Of a stretch of 64,000 nucleotides of DNA, positions 56,048 through 64,000 are shown one piece after another. The translations under genes were made by a program, and so were the position numbers. Positions within the stretch are counted from its first letter, which is position 1, and each line of letters starts with the position of its first letter. Below the pieces are notes generated by a model. The model was given only the letters and a program-made list of their open reading frames with translations. It was not told where the DNA came from and ran no database searches. This DNA is from a virus, in IMG/VR virus record IMGVR_UViG_3300042464_000422. One strand, 5' to 3'.

Positions 56048-56493
56048 AAAAATTATTATTTACCTTGATTATGCTATTTCCGTTTTTTATTTTTTCACAA
56101 GAGTGTGTTAAAGTTGATACGGTATTTGTAACGGCAAAACTAAGAGAACTTGGATCAAGAGACATTAGATTTGGAATAAAACAAATAGTGGAAGAAGAAC
56201 TTTCTCAAAAGTTTTGTTTATCAGATGATGGTGAACCAATTAAAGTTGAGGTGTTTTACTTTGGACTTCCAAAAACAACAATAAGAGTTGCTGGAGTTGA
56301 AAAAACTAATACAATAACACAGGTTGGTGTACGTTTACATTATAAAGGAGTTAAGTATGAAGGTATTGGTGAGTCAGATACTGAAATCAGAGCAATTATG
56401 ATTGAAGTTCAAGAAGGATCCATACCGTTTGAAAAAATGACAGTATCGTCATCATTAAAAAAAGCGATACACGAAGCGGCAATTAAATTATGA
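56044..56493 (+). CDS. secreted hypothetical protein
   Basis: Signal peptide MKKLLFTLIMLFPFFIFSQ with an ATGA overlap. Confidence 0.5.
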   Translation: MKKLLFTLIMLFPFFIFSQECVKVDTVFVTAKLRELGSRDIRFGIKQIVEEELSQKFCLSDDGEPIKVEVFYFGLPKTTIRVAGVEKTNTITQVGVRLHYKGVKYEGIGESDTEIRAIMIEVQEGSIPFEKMTVSSSLKKAIHEAAIKL

Positions 56494-56945
56494 AAAAATT
56501 ATTATCAGTTTTATTATTTTTATTTATTTCAATACATTCATTTGGGCAATTAAAAATCACTGATGTAGGTGATGGGTGGAAAAATAAAGTTGATAGTGCG
56601 TTAAAGATAATTCAAACGTATGATATTGAAAAATATAATGTAATCCTTGAAACTTGTACTCTTATTGGATATTGGAATGAATCCTTCTCAACTACTGAGG
56701 GGGATTCTGTCATTTTAATATCTACCAAAGACATTAATAATGAGAGTATAAATAATATTGCCGCAATATTAGTCCATGAATCCATGCATCTGTTTATCAA
56801 ACAGTTATATGCTAAAATTAATCCAAATAGAGAAGAAACTATTTGTTATGTGTATGAATTAAATTTCCTATACAAAGTCCCAAATGTTGAACCTTGGTTG
56901 ATTGAAAATGCCACGAGTAAAATAAAATATTATTCAAAAGGGTAG
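56490..56945 (+). CDS. secreted HExxH protein (putative zinc metallopeptidase)
   Basis: Signal peptide ...IHSFGQ and AAILVHESMHLF (HExxH). Confidence 0.45.
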   Translation: MKKLLSVLLFLFISIHSFGQLKITDVGDGWKNKVDSALKIIQTYDIEKYNVILETCTLIGYWNESFSTTEGDSVILISTKDINNESINNIAAILVHESMHLFIKQLYAKINPNREETICYVYELNFLYKVPNVEPWLIENATSKIKYYSKG

Positions 56946-56997
56946 TTGATTTTATTATTTTATTTGTTTAACTTTTTAAAGTAAAATTATATATAAT

Positions 56998-57225
56998 ATG
57001 GAAGCAATTTTAAAATTTAATTTACCTGATGATACCCACGAATTTAAAATGGCGTTAGATGGATCAAAATGGTCCAGTGCGATGTGGGAACTTGAACAAT
57101 GGTTAAGATCTGAAACAAAATATAATTCGGAGGCATTATCACAAGAAAAATACGATGCTTATTGTGAAATTAGAGATAAGATATATAGTATTTTAAATAA
57201 AGATGGAATTAGTTTTGATGATTAA
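56998..57225 (+). CDS. hypothetical protein
   Basis: 75-aa ORF. Confidence 0.4.
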   Translation: MEAILKFNLPDDTHEFKMALDGSKWSSAMWELEQWLRSETKYNSEALSQEKYDAYCEIRDKIYSILNKDGISFDD

Positions 57226-57502
57226 GAATATGGAAAAAAATAACATTAACGAAAATAATAGTCCCGAACTATTAATTGTTTTAATATTGGGTATTGCATT
57301 AGGTTTGTTTTTAATCTCTTGTGATGGACAAAAACCACAAACAATAGAAGAACCCATAGGGTTAAGACAGAAATCTGACGTTCGTTACAAAAATGTAACA
57401 GAATTCACATATGGAGGTTGTGAATACATTAAAGTAGGTTATGGAGATTGTGCTTGGGGTTCACATAAAGGAAATTGTACAAACCCAATACATAATAATT
57501 AA
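57203..57502 (+). CDS. small single-TM/secreted protein with a Cys-rich tail
   Basis: LLIVLILGIALGLFLISC is hydrophobic, followed by four Cys. Confidence 0.4.
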   Translation: MELVLMIKNMEKNNINENNSPELLIVLILGIALGLFLISCDGQKPQTIEEPIGLRQKSDVRYKNVTEFTYGGCEYIKVGYGDCAWGSHKGNCTNPIHNN

Positions 57503-57503
57503 T

Positions 57504-57827
57504 ATGACGGAGCAAGAAATACTTAAATTTGGTGAGATACAATATCTCAAAGGTCGTTTGGATGAATTATACAAAGCAATCCCAACCGTAACCAATATGG
57601 AAAGAAGACGTAAGTTAGATCAACGTATTGAAAAGTATATTACTAAACTTAAAAAAGTTGATGAGGTTGCTTATCGTTTATATGAGGTTGAGTTAAATGC
57701 GACTCATAGAGTTAAGGTTAAAGGAAAATTAGAAACTGAAAACTTATTTAAAGAAATATTACTTACAGAACAAATCACAGATGAAACTATAATTAAAAAA
57801 ATTAAAGATAAGTTAGAAACTTTGTGA
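57504..57827 (+). CDS. hypothetical coiled-coil protein (start trimmed to ATG 57504)
   Basis: The track's upstream extension overlaps the previous gene. Confidence 0.45.
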   Translation: MTEQEILKFGEIQYLKGRLDELYKAIPTVTNMERRRKLDQRIEKYITKLKKVDEVAYRLYEVELNATHRVKVKGKLETENLFKEILLTEQITDETIIKKIKDKLETL

Positions 57828-58201
57828 TGAGTGAGAAACCTGATAATGTTGCGGATAACCCTGGGTTATTACCGTATGGATCAAATGTAGGTGCTCCGTC
57901 AATAAAAGTTGATAACATTGAAAGTTGGAAAAACTCCAAAGTAATCAAGGTAAATAAGGAATTTAATAATAGATACGAATCTTTAAAGAAACAATACGAT
58001 GAATTACTAGAAGAGTTTAAATGGAATGAAATCGTTTATAATTCTAAGTTTAATTTTGAACCAGTAGTTGGTGAAACTTATCATTTATACTATGGACAAA
58101 ATGGATCAACGTTTCTATCATTAATAGAACCGAACCAATGGAGTAGAGAACACATTGGTTCATTTACATTAAACTATGATAATAAGTGGATTAAGTTATG
58201 A
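57824..58201 (+). CDS. hypothetical protein
   Basis: 125-aa ORF with an ATGA overlap. Confidence 0.45.
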   Translation: MMSEKPDNVADNPGLLPYGSNVGAPSIKVDNIESWKNSKVIKVNKEFNNRYESLKKQYDELLEEFKWNEIVYNSKFNFEPVVGETYHLYYGQNGSTFLSLIEPNQWSREHIGSFTLNYDNKWIKL

Positions 58202-58341
58202 GTGATAGATTTGGATTTTTCGTAGACACATTTAAAGGTATTGGATTTGGACTCACATTTGGAGTTTACGATAACTATCTAATGGGATTGGGAACATTTT
58301 TATGTTTTAATTTTTATATTGAAGTAAGAATAGGTAAATAA
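58198..58341 (+). CDS. small Gly-rich hydrophobic peptide (47 aa), missed by the track
   Basis: ATGA-coupled to the upstream gene; GIGFGLTFGVY hydrophobic core. Confidence 0.3.
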   Translation: MSDRFGFFVDTFKGIGFGLTFGVYDNYLMGLGTFLCFNFYIEVRIGK

Positions 58342-58345
58342 TTAG

Positions 58346-58353
58346 TATATTTG
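58346..58353 (+). promoter_or_regulatory. -7 element TATATTTG placed 4 nt before the ATG (predicted leaderless transcript)
   Basis: TATATTTGTAATATG; the ATG at 58358 begins a canonical MKI.IISDTH phosphoesterase N-terminus. Confidence 0.45.
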
Positions 58354-58357
58354 TAAT

Positions 58358-59050
58358 ATGAAAATAAGTATAATATCTGACACACACAACAAACACAAGT
58401 TTGTACATCATGATTTACCTGGTGGTGATTTGTTATTACACGCAGGTGACATAAGTTCTATGGGTTATGAACACGAGATACGTGAGTTTGCTGCTTGGTA
58501 TGATAAGATTGTTACTTATGGTCATAAAGTATTCATTGCTGGTAATCACGATTGGGGGTTCCAAAACAATGAAGAAAAAATAAAAGGATTGTTAACGGGA
58601 TATAAAACTATTGAGTATATCCAAGACGAATTAATAACCATACAAGATGGTGATGGACCTGAAGTTAAGATTTGGGGTAGTCCTTGGCAACCTGAGTTCT
58701 ACAATTGGGCATTTAACTTACCACGAAATGGTGAGGAGTTAAAGGCGGTTTGGGATATGATACCTGAAGGTATTGACATCTTAATCACTCATGGGCCTGC
58801 TTGGGGTTTCTTAGATGATGTTGAAGGTCGTAGAGGACAACACTTAGGTTGTGAGTTACTTGCGGAACGTATTAAACAAATTAAACCTAAGATTCATATT
58901 TGTGGTCATATTCACTCAGGTCACGGACACTATTATGACGGACATACACACTACTTCAATGCATCTGTGTTGAACGAACGATACCTTTATTCACATACAC
59001 CATGGAATATTGATTGGGATCCAATAACTAATGAAATTAAATTTTTATAA
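58358..59050 (+). CDS. calcineurin-like metallophosphoesterase
   Basis: ISDTHN (DxH), HAGDIS (GD), AGNHD, ITHGP, CGHIHSGHGH. Confidence 0.8.
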   Translation: MKISIISDTHNKHKFVHHDLPGGDLLLHAGDISSMGYEHEIREFAAWYDKIVTYGHKVFIAGNHDWGFQNNEEKIKGLLTGYKTIEYIQDELITIQDGDGPEVKIWGSPWQPEFYNWAFNLPRNGEELKAVWDMIPEGIDILITHGPAWGFLDDVEGRRGQHLGCELLAERIKQIKPKIHICGHIHSGHGHYYDGHTHYFNASVLNERYLYSHTPWNIDWDPITNEIKFL

Positions 59051-59547
59051 TGGAAAAGGCACATTTTATTGAGAACAGAATTTTTAGAGATAAAAGAGGA
59101 ACATTTAGTCCTTTAGATCTGGCTAAACTTGATAAAAATTGGGTCCAAAGTAATATTAGTACAAATCCCCAAAAATTTACACTCAGAGGATTACATTTTC
59201 AAAAGAATGAATACGCTCAAGCCAAGTTAATTAAAGTCATCTCAGGTAAGATATTGGACTTTGTGGTTGATATGAGGACCGTATCGGAAGATTATAATAA
59301 AGTATTCTTCTTTGAAATGAATGAGGGTGATGAGGTATATGTACCACGATACTTTGCTCATGGATTTATCACACTTGAAAAAGATACTGTGGTTCAATAT
59401 TTGGTTGATAATGATTATAGTCCTGAGAACGAAGGTGTGGTAGTTTGGTTATCTTATCCTGAAATTGAGAGACAAATAAAGAAGTTAGATACAACTTTTG
59501 ATAATGATAAGATCATTATTGAAAACAAAGATTTGATAGAAAAATAA
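59050..59547 (+). CDS. dTDP-4-dehydrorhamnose 3,5-epimerase-like cupin (RmlC-like)
   Basis: The pattern ENRIFRDKRGTF...LRGLHFQ...AQAKLIKVISGKILDFVVDMR fits RmlC-family epimerases. Confidence 0.65.
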   Translation: MEKAHFIENRIFRDKRGTFSPLDLAKLDKNWVQSNISTNPQKFTLRGLHFQKNEYAQAKLIKVISGKILDFVVDMRTVSEDYNKVFFFEMNEGDEVYVPRYFAHGFITLEKDTVVQYLVDNDYSPENEGVVVWLSYPEIERQIKKLDTTFDNDKIIIENKDLIEK

Positions 59548-59582
59548 CTATTGGTTGATATTTATAAATAAAAATAAATATT

Positions 59583-60080
59583 ATGGAAGAAAAAGATCTA
59601 ACTAGAAAAGTTTTTGAAGAACTAAAGAGACGTGGATTGTATGAACAAGACGATACTTTAGAAGATGAAGACGATAATGACGATGAAGAAAACGATACTC
59701 AAGACACTGAAACAAATGATGAGTTCTGTGAAATGGTTTGTCGTTTATTACATTCTCAAACTCAAGTACACGTATTTCACTTACAAACTAAATCATACTC
59801 TGAACACAAAGCTTTACAAGGATACTACGAAGGTATTGATGCGTTAGTTGACGGGATTATAGAGTCATACCAAGGTAAGTACGGTCTTATTACTAATTAC
59901 AAATCATATGATATGGAACAATATTCAAACGGGAAAAAAACGATTGGGTATTTTACAGAATTATTAAAAGTAATTGATGAGAATAGAGAATCAGTAGAAG
60001 ATTCTTATATCCAAAATCAAATTGATACTGTACAGGAATTGATTAACTCTACGGTATACAAACTTAAATTTTTAAAATAA
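59583..60080 (+). CDS. hypothetical protein with an acidic N-terminal tract
   Basis: 165-aa ORF; EDEDDNDDEENDTQDTETNDE. Confidence 0.5.
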   Translation: MEEKDLTRKVFEELKRRGLYEQDDTLEDEDDNDDEENDTQDTETNDEFCEMVCRLLHSQTQVHVFHLQTKSYSEHKALQGYYEGIDALVDGIIESYQGKYGLITNYKSYDMEQYSNGKKTIGYFTELLKVIDENRESVEDSYIQNQIDTVQELINSTVYKLKFLK

Positions 60081-60115
60081 TTTATTTTTTGTTTGACCAA
60101 TTCAAAATAAATTAT

Positions 60116-60123
60116 TATCTTTG
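60116..60123 (+). promoter_or_regulatory. -7 element TATCTTTG with a -33 TTG (60093-60095)
   Basis: 30 nt upstream of the ATG at 60153. Confidence 0.5.
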
Positions 60124-60152
60124 TTGAAGTATTAATTAAATTAATTTAAAAA

Positions 60153-60368
60153 ATGGGAAAAGGAACAACAAAAGGTCGTTACATTTGTAAAGTAGGATTT
60201 TATGACATCTATGCTGCGGATTCAATGAGAAAAAAACCAGGAAGAGGGGACAATAAAGAAGTGGCTTCTACGGTGTATAATATTTATCATGCAAAGAAAT
60301 TAGTTGATAAAGGTTTTAAAACCAAAGATATTGCCGTTGAACGAGCAAAGGTGTTAACAACTAAATAA
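60153..60368 (+). CDS. small basic hypothetical protein
   Basis: 71-aa ORF between a promoter and a terminator. Confidence 0.5.
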   Translation: MGKGTTKGRYICKVGFYDIYAADSMRKKPGRGDNKEVASTVYNIYHAKKLVDKGFKTKDIAVERAKVLTTK

Positions 60369-60373
60369 CAAGA

Positions 60374-60400
60374 AAGTCGGATGAAAGTCCGACTTTTTTA
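60374..60400. terminator. bidirectional rho-independent terminator (AAGTCGGA-TGAAAG-TCCGACTT followed by TTTTATTT) at a convergent junction
   Basis: Perfect 8-bp stem between the + gene ending at 60368 and the - gene ending at 60402. Confidence 0.75.
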
Positions 60401-60401
60401 T

Positions 60402-61388
60402 TTAATTAATATATGGGTTGTCAAGGTATGAGACATCAACAACAATGTCTCTTGAAACATCTCTACCTAATAATGCTGATGAATATCTTGATACATAATC
60501 TTTCATTTGATCTGTAACGTATTCTCTTGTTACTCCGATCATTTCATTTCTAAAGAAATTACCGGCTTCTTTATCGATTTTAAGTCCATTCATTTTATCT
60601 ACTTTTACTATGTTAACATCTACAACAGGATGACCATCTTCAATATCAACACTAGTAAAATTAAATGAAACCCTAACTCTTGGATCCCAACCTAATCTAA
60701 CCTGTTTGAACTCATTAAGTTCTCTTTCAATAGTGGCAACAAATTTATCATTTTTATTTGTAATAACTTTATCTACAGTTTCATTACCATTTAAAAGTTC
60801 TTTCATATCATTTCTTGATACAATAATCATTGTTTTACCAATTGAATTATTATATCTTCTTGGGTTAGATTGAGACATTTGTTTACTGGTTGATGAGGAA
60901 TATTTATTATCAACCTCAAACCATCTTCTATATTTATACATAAATACAGGGTACCAATCCCAAGAATAAACAACATACGCCCAATCACCTTTATTGTCTT
61001 GTTCCCATTGAGCTTTTAAGTTAGATCCTTTAAATGGTTTTAATTCTGCAACTAAATCCCCCGCTCTTTGATTGGAGGTTCTTTGAGATTTTAATTTATG
61101 GTATTGATTTAATTCACTTTTTTTAGTTAAGTCATATCTACCATCTTCTCTATAGTTTTGAGTATATAAATTAAAATAATGTGTATGTTCATCTGGATCA
61201 AGACCAAAGGATTTCATATTTGTTAACATGAAATTACCAAGTTTTGATGACGTTGCATCGGATGCTTTTCTATAGTTATTTAAAAACTTGAAGAATAATG
61301 ATTCCTTTTTTGTAAAAGCATTTTCCTCTTCATACTCTTTTAATAATTTTCGTAAAAAATCTCTCATAATATATAAATACTTAACCAA
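60402..61388 (-). CDS. hypothetical protein (328 aa)
   Basis: Minus-strand ORF. Confidence 0.55.
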   Translation of the reverse strand: MVKYLYIMRDFLRKLLKEYEEENAFTKKESLFFKFLNNYRKASDATSSKLGNFMLTNMKSFGLDPDEHTHYFNLYTQNYREDGRYDLTKKSELNQYHKLKSQRTSNQRAGDLVAELKPFKGSNLKAQWEQDNKGDWAYVVYSWDWYPVFMYKYRRWFEVDNKYSSSTSKQMSQSNPRRYNNSIGKTMIIVSRNDMKELLNGNETVDKVITNKNDKFVATIERELNEFKQVRLGWDPRVRVSFNFTSVDIEDGHPVVDVNIVKVDKMNGLKIDKEAGNFFRNEMIGVTREYVTDQMKDYVSRYSSALLGRDVSRDIVVDVSYLDNPYIN

Positions 61389-61452
61389 TTAAAAAATATC
61401 ATTTCTTTAGTATTAAGTAATTATTTTTATAATTAAGGTAAATAATATTTTT

Positions 61453-61806
61453 ATGGCACACCCATTATTACACGCAAGAAGTTCCGTCAAAAAGTTTGGG
61501 GGAAAAGTTGAAGATTATATTCACTTACATAATTGGATGGATGAAACAAAGGCATGGGTTGGACATTCTTATCATAGGATGTTTAGACACCATTCTGAGG
61601 GAATATTTGAGATGGAAAAAATATTTGGACCATCATTCATCAATAGTGATGATAAAGTTGTTTACACAAGATATGTGGGAGAACAGCACGTCAAAGAAGA
61701 TTGCTTTGATTACATCCCAAGTGCGAGAGAATGGATACTAGCCATCCAAAGTAAAGAAAAACCTATGTGGGTGACAAGAACTTTGGATCTTAAATTTGAT
61801 GATTAA
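61453..61806 (+). CDS. hypothetical protein
   Basis: 117-aa ORF. Confidence 0.5.
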   Translation: MAHPLLHARSSVKKFGGKVEDYIHLHNWMDETKAWVGHSYHRMFRHHSEGIFEMEKIFGPSFINSDDKVVYTRYVGEQHVKEDCFDYIPSAREWILAIQSKEKPMWVTRTLDLKFDD

Positions 61807-61829
61807 CATATTTATATAATAAAAAACTT

Positions 61830-62501
61830 ATGAAAAAATATTTTGAGGCCTTATTGGTTTATATGAGAAATTTGGGGGTTGATAGAGTGTGGACCGAAAT
61901 GACAATGGATGGAAGTCACGTGGATTATTGGGATCAAGAATTCCAAGCAACAAAAAATGGTGATTACAAAAAAATTGGTATGCCCAAACAATTTATAAAA
62001 TTATTTGATACATTGGTTGAGAAATATGGTCAAGAAATATGGGACGGATCACAGAATGAATGGGATTCTGAACATTACAGAGTTGATATTAATGTTTCGT
62101 TATCTGAAAGAAAAATAATCATTACTAGTGATATTGAAGAACAAACAACTGATGGTTCATCAGATGAATATGATGTTATTGAGGTTCCTTCAGTTCAGTC
62201 CTTTTTAGATGAAAATGAAATAGATGATTTTGAAGTTAGTTATTCTGGTGGAGGTGACGATGGTTATATTGAAGATGATGGATATGATGATGAAGGTAAT
62301 CAGTACAGGTTATCGGATGATTTAGAAAATTATTTATATTCAAAACTAAATAATTCTTTTGGTGGTTGGGAAATAAATGAAGGATCTAGTGGTAAATTTA
62401 TTATTAATAGCCAAACTATGGTGATTGAGCATGAATGGTACGAAAACGATTGGGTTGGTAGTGATTTAAGAATTGAGATAACAGAAAAAGATTTAGATTA
62501 A
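61830..62501 (+). CDS. acidic hypothetical protein (possible tandem paralog of 62502..63173)
   Basis: 223 aa; shares length and an N-terminal ...Y.RN.G...EM..D pattern with the next gene. Confidence 0.5.
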   Translation: MKKYFEALLVYMRNLGVDRVWTEMTMDGSHVDYWDQEFQATKNGDYKKIGMPKQFIKLFDTLVEKYGQEIWDGSQNEWDSEHYRVDINVSLSERKIIITSDIEEQTTDGSSDEYDVIEVPSVQSFLDENEIDDFEVSYSGGGDDGYIEDDGYDDEGNQYRLSDDLENYLYSKLNNSFGGWEINEGSSGKFIINSQTMVIEHEWYENDWVGSDLRIEITEKDLD

Positions 62502-63173
62502 ATGGAAAAAGACCTATTAAATAAATTAAAACCATTATTTGTTTACACAAAAAACATTGGTAAATGTATTATTACTGCGGAGATGGATCTTAGGAATGTT
62601 AGTTCAATATATAAGTATATTAGTAAAACTAATGATGAAGGAAATAACGTTCCAGTGATGCCGATGATATCAATGTTCAAAAATACAGTAAAAGAAGTGT
62701 TAGAATCGTATGGTGATGAAATGATTAGACACTTAGATAGTGAATATGATGATGAATTTCATTCCCCAACAATCACTATTTATCCTAATGAAAAAAAAAT
62801 AAATATTCGTGATTATGCGAATTATATTGTTGAGGAAGAAAAGGTAAAAGTTTTTAAAAATAGTGAACGATTGATGGAGGATATGATTGAAGATGAGGTT
62901 AAGTATTTTGAGTTTGATTTTTGGGGATCTTGGGGTGATAGCGAATTTGATATTTCTTATGTTAGAGGTGATAAAAATGTGGTACCTGGATTAGTTAACC
63001 CATATTATCGTTTTTTTAAGGATTTACTTGATGAGAATTTTTACAGTTGGGATTCTGATGAAGGTTCGTATGGTACAATATATGTGAAAGGTGATAAGAT
63101 TACAATTATTTGTAACTTTAGAAACAAAGAATGGGGTTGGACAGGATTTGAAAAAACTTTAAGTGTGAATTAG
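62502..63173 (+). CDS. acidic hypothetical protein
   Basis: 223 aa; ATG immediately follows the upstream stop. Confidence 0.5.
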   Translation: MEKDLLNKLKPLFVYTKNIGKCIITAEMDLRNVSSIYKYISKTNDEGNNVPVMPMISMFKNTVKEVLESYGDEMIRHLDSEYDDEFHSPTITIYPNEKKINIRDYANYIVEEEKVKVFKNSERLMEDMIEDEVKYFEFDFWGSWGDSEFDISYVRGDKNVVPGLVNPYYRFFKDLLDENFYSWDSDEGSYGTIYVKGDKITIICNFRNKEWGWTGFEKTLSVN

Positions 63174-63209
63174 TAAAGTAAAGACATATTTATTATAAAA
63201 CAAATAAAT

Positions 63210-63806
63210 ATGGGATATACAAAAGAACAAATTGAAGCGGCCGTAAAGGCTAAAGGTTATGTTTGGTTTGAGGACGCAAACAACAAAGGATACGATGTAA
63301 ACATCGTTGGTATTAGAAACTCTGCAACGGGTGATAAAGTTACAAATGCATTTGATGATCATTTAACAGTTTCCTACAAGGAAAACGGTGAATGGAAAAC
63401 TCATTCTTGGCCGGCAACAACGGATCCAGGTAAGAAAGGTGTTATGGAATATCACAACAAAGCTGGTGTTGCAAGATTGGTTGAAGGTCAATATCGTGGA
63501 TCACACGGAATTGGTTTACATCAAGGTAAATATGAGGCATTAAGACAAGCTAAAAACGTTAAAGTTTATCGTGATGCAAATCGTGATTTGACATATAATG
63601 AAGATAAAATCGCTGAAGGTGTATTTGGTATTAACATTCACAAAGCAGGTGCTGATTCAACATATGTTGAGAATTGGTCTGAAGGATGTCAAGTATTCAA
63701 AAAGGCTGCTGATTTTGAGGCATTTATGAAGATCTGTAGAAAGGCGAGAGACATTCATGGAAACTCATTTACATATACTTTAATTGAATCTTCGGACATT
63801 AAATAA
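63210..63806 (+). CDS. hypothetical protein, possibly a cell-wall hydrolase (weak)
   Basis: 198-aa ORF followed by a strong terminator. No secure catalytic motif. Confidence 0.45.
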   Translation: MGYTKEQIEAAVKAKGYVWFEDANNKGYDVNIVGIRNSATGDKVTNAFDDHLTVSYKENGEWKTHSWPATTDPGKKGVMEYHNKAGVARLVEGQYRGSHGIGLHQGKYEALRQAKNVKVYRDANRDLTYNEDKIAEGVFGINIHKAGADSTYVENWSEGCQVFKKAADFEAFMKICRKARDIHGNSFTYTLIESSDIK

Positions 63807-63824
63807 GTGTAATAACAATTCATT

Positions 63825-63868
63825 AAACCTCCAATTTTAAAAAAAGATTGGGGGTTTTGTTTTTTTAT
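63825..63868 (+). terminator. rho-independent terminator (acctccaat / attgggggt stem followed by TTTTGTTTTTTTATT)
   Basis: About 11-bp stem with a GGGGG/CCTCC core and a T-tract. Confidence 0.7.
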
Positions 63869-63882
63869 TGGAATTTTATTTA

Positions 63883-63890
63883 TATATTTG
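63883..63890 (+). promoter_or_regulatory. -7 element TATATTTG
   Basis: 18 nt upstream of the ATG at 63909. Confidence 0.4.
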
Positions 63891-63908
63891 TCTTCTTAAA
63901 ATAATCTA

Positions 63909-64000
63909 ATGGTAGAAAAATACAGAGAACAAATAAAAAACCGATTGAGTAGTTTTACATATTGGTTGTACGACATTGAAGGGTTAGGGTTACAAAAAGT
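63909..64000 (+). CDS. 5' fragment of a gene running off the window (MVEKYREQIKNRLSSFTYWLYDIEGLGLQK...)
   Basis: Open frame to the window end, preceded by a promoter box. Confidence 0.3.
   Translation, partial: MVEKYREQIKNRLSSFTYWLYDIEGLGLQK

Noticed and set aside
63210-63806. Confident endolysin/peptidase-M15 assignment
   Set aside because: I could not match a canonical H-x6-D...H (VanY/M15), amidase_2, GH24/GH19 or CHAP catalytic signature. It is kept only as a weak possibility.
1-64000. Alternative genetic code (TAG recoding as in Lak megaphages)
   Set aside because: TAG terminates clearly complete ORFs (for example the gene ending at 3097, and others), and long ORFs are not interrupted by in-frame TAG. 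The standard code fits.
1-64000. Integrated prophage or mobile-element boundary (integrase, transposase, att repeats)
   Set aside because: No integrase, recombinase or transposase-like protein was recognised and no flanking direct repeats were seen. The content reads as a contiguous lytic-phage genome segment.

Overview
This window reads as a slice of a large AT-rich (about 33% GC) bacteriophage genome, probably a jumbo phage of a Bacteroidetes/Flavobacteriia host. Genes are tightly packed and almost all on the + strand, many are joined by ATGA-type overlaps, and TAG/TAA/TGA are all used as stops, so the standard genetic code applies. Two things point to a Bacteroidetes host. Promoter-like TAnnTTTG -7 boxes recur, often with a TTG about 20 nt upstream. 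Several encoded secreted proteins carry 'Q-rule' signal peptides, lipoboxes (LFSC) and a T9SS C-terminal sorting domain. Confidently recognisable products are DnaK and DnaJ, thymidylate synthase, ClpP, thioredoxin, a glutaredoxin-like protein, a eukaryote-type glutamine synthetase II, Dam and beta-class DNA methyltransferases, an ECF sigma factor on the - strand, NUDIX, a Pnk-like P-loop kinase, two calcineurin-like phosphoesterases, an Rnl2-like RNA ligase, RmlB-like and RmlC-like sugar enzymes, a cytidylyltransferase, tandem GT9-like glycosyltransferases, a 2OG-Fe(II) oxygenase, an SPFH/band-7 protein, DUF932, DUF192, a Serratia-type secreted nuclease, and a C-type-lectin/LamG protein. The most unusual content is a four-member paralogous family built around a conserved 'KYGA-TKWC' core, one member of which carries a C-terminal leucine-rich-repeat extension. 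Around this family sits a kinase, phosphoesterase and ligase set that looks like an RNA-repair module. At 48.8-57.0 kb there is a run of about eight consecutive exported proteins: a T9SS-CTD protein, a CsgG-like lipoprotein followed by an N/G/T-rich beta-barrel-like protein, a lectin, a nuclease, and an HExxH protein. Several small ORFs under 60 aa were missed by the track, including a histone-H1-like DNA-binding protein and a Cys/His zinc-finger peptide. Strong rho-independent terminators bracket some genes into monocistronic units. No rRNA, tRNA, CRISPR array, integrase or transposase was recognised. All functional calls come from motif-level reading of the translations with no database search, so they need HMM/BLAST confirmation.
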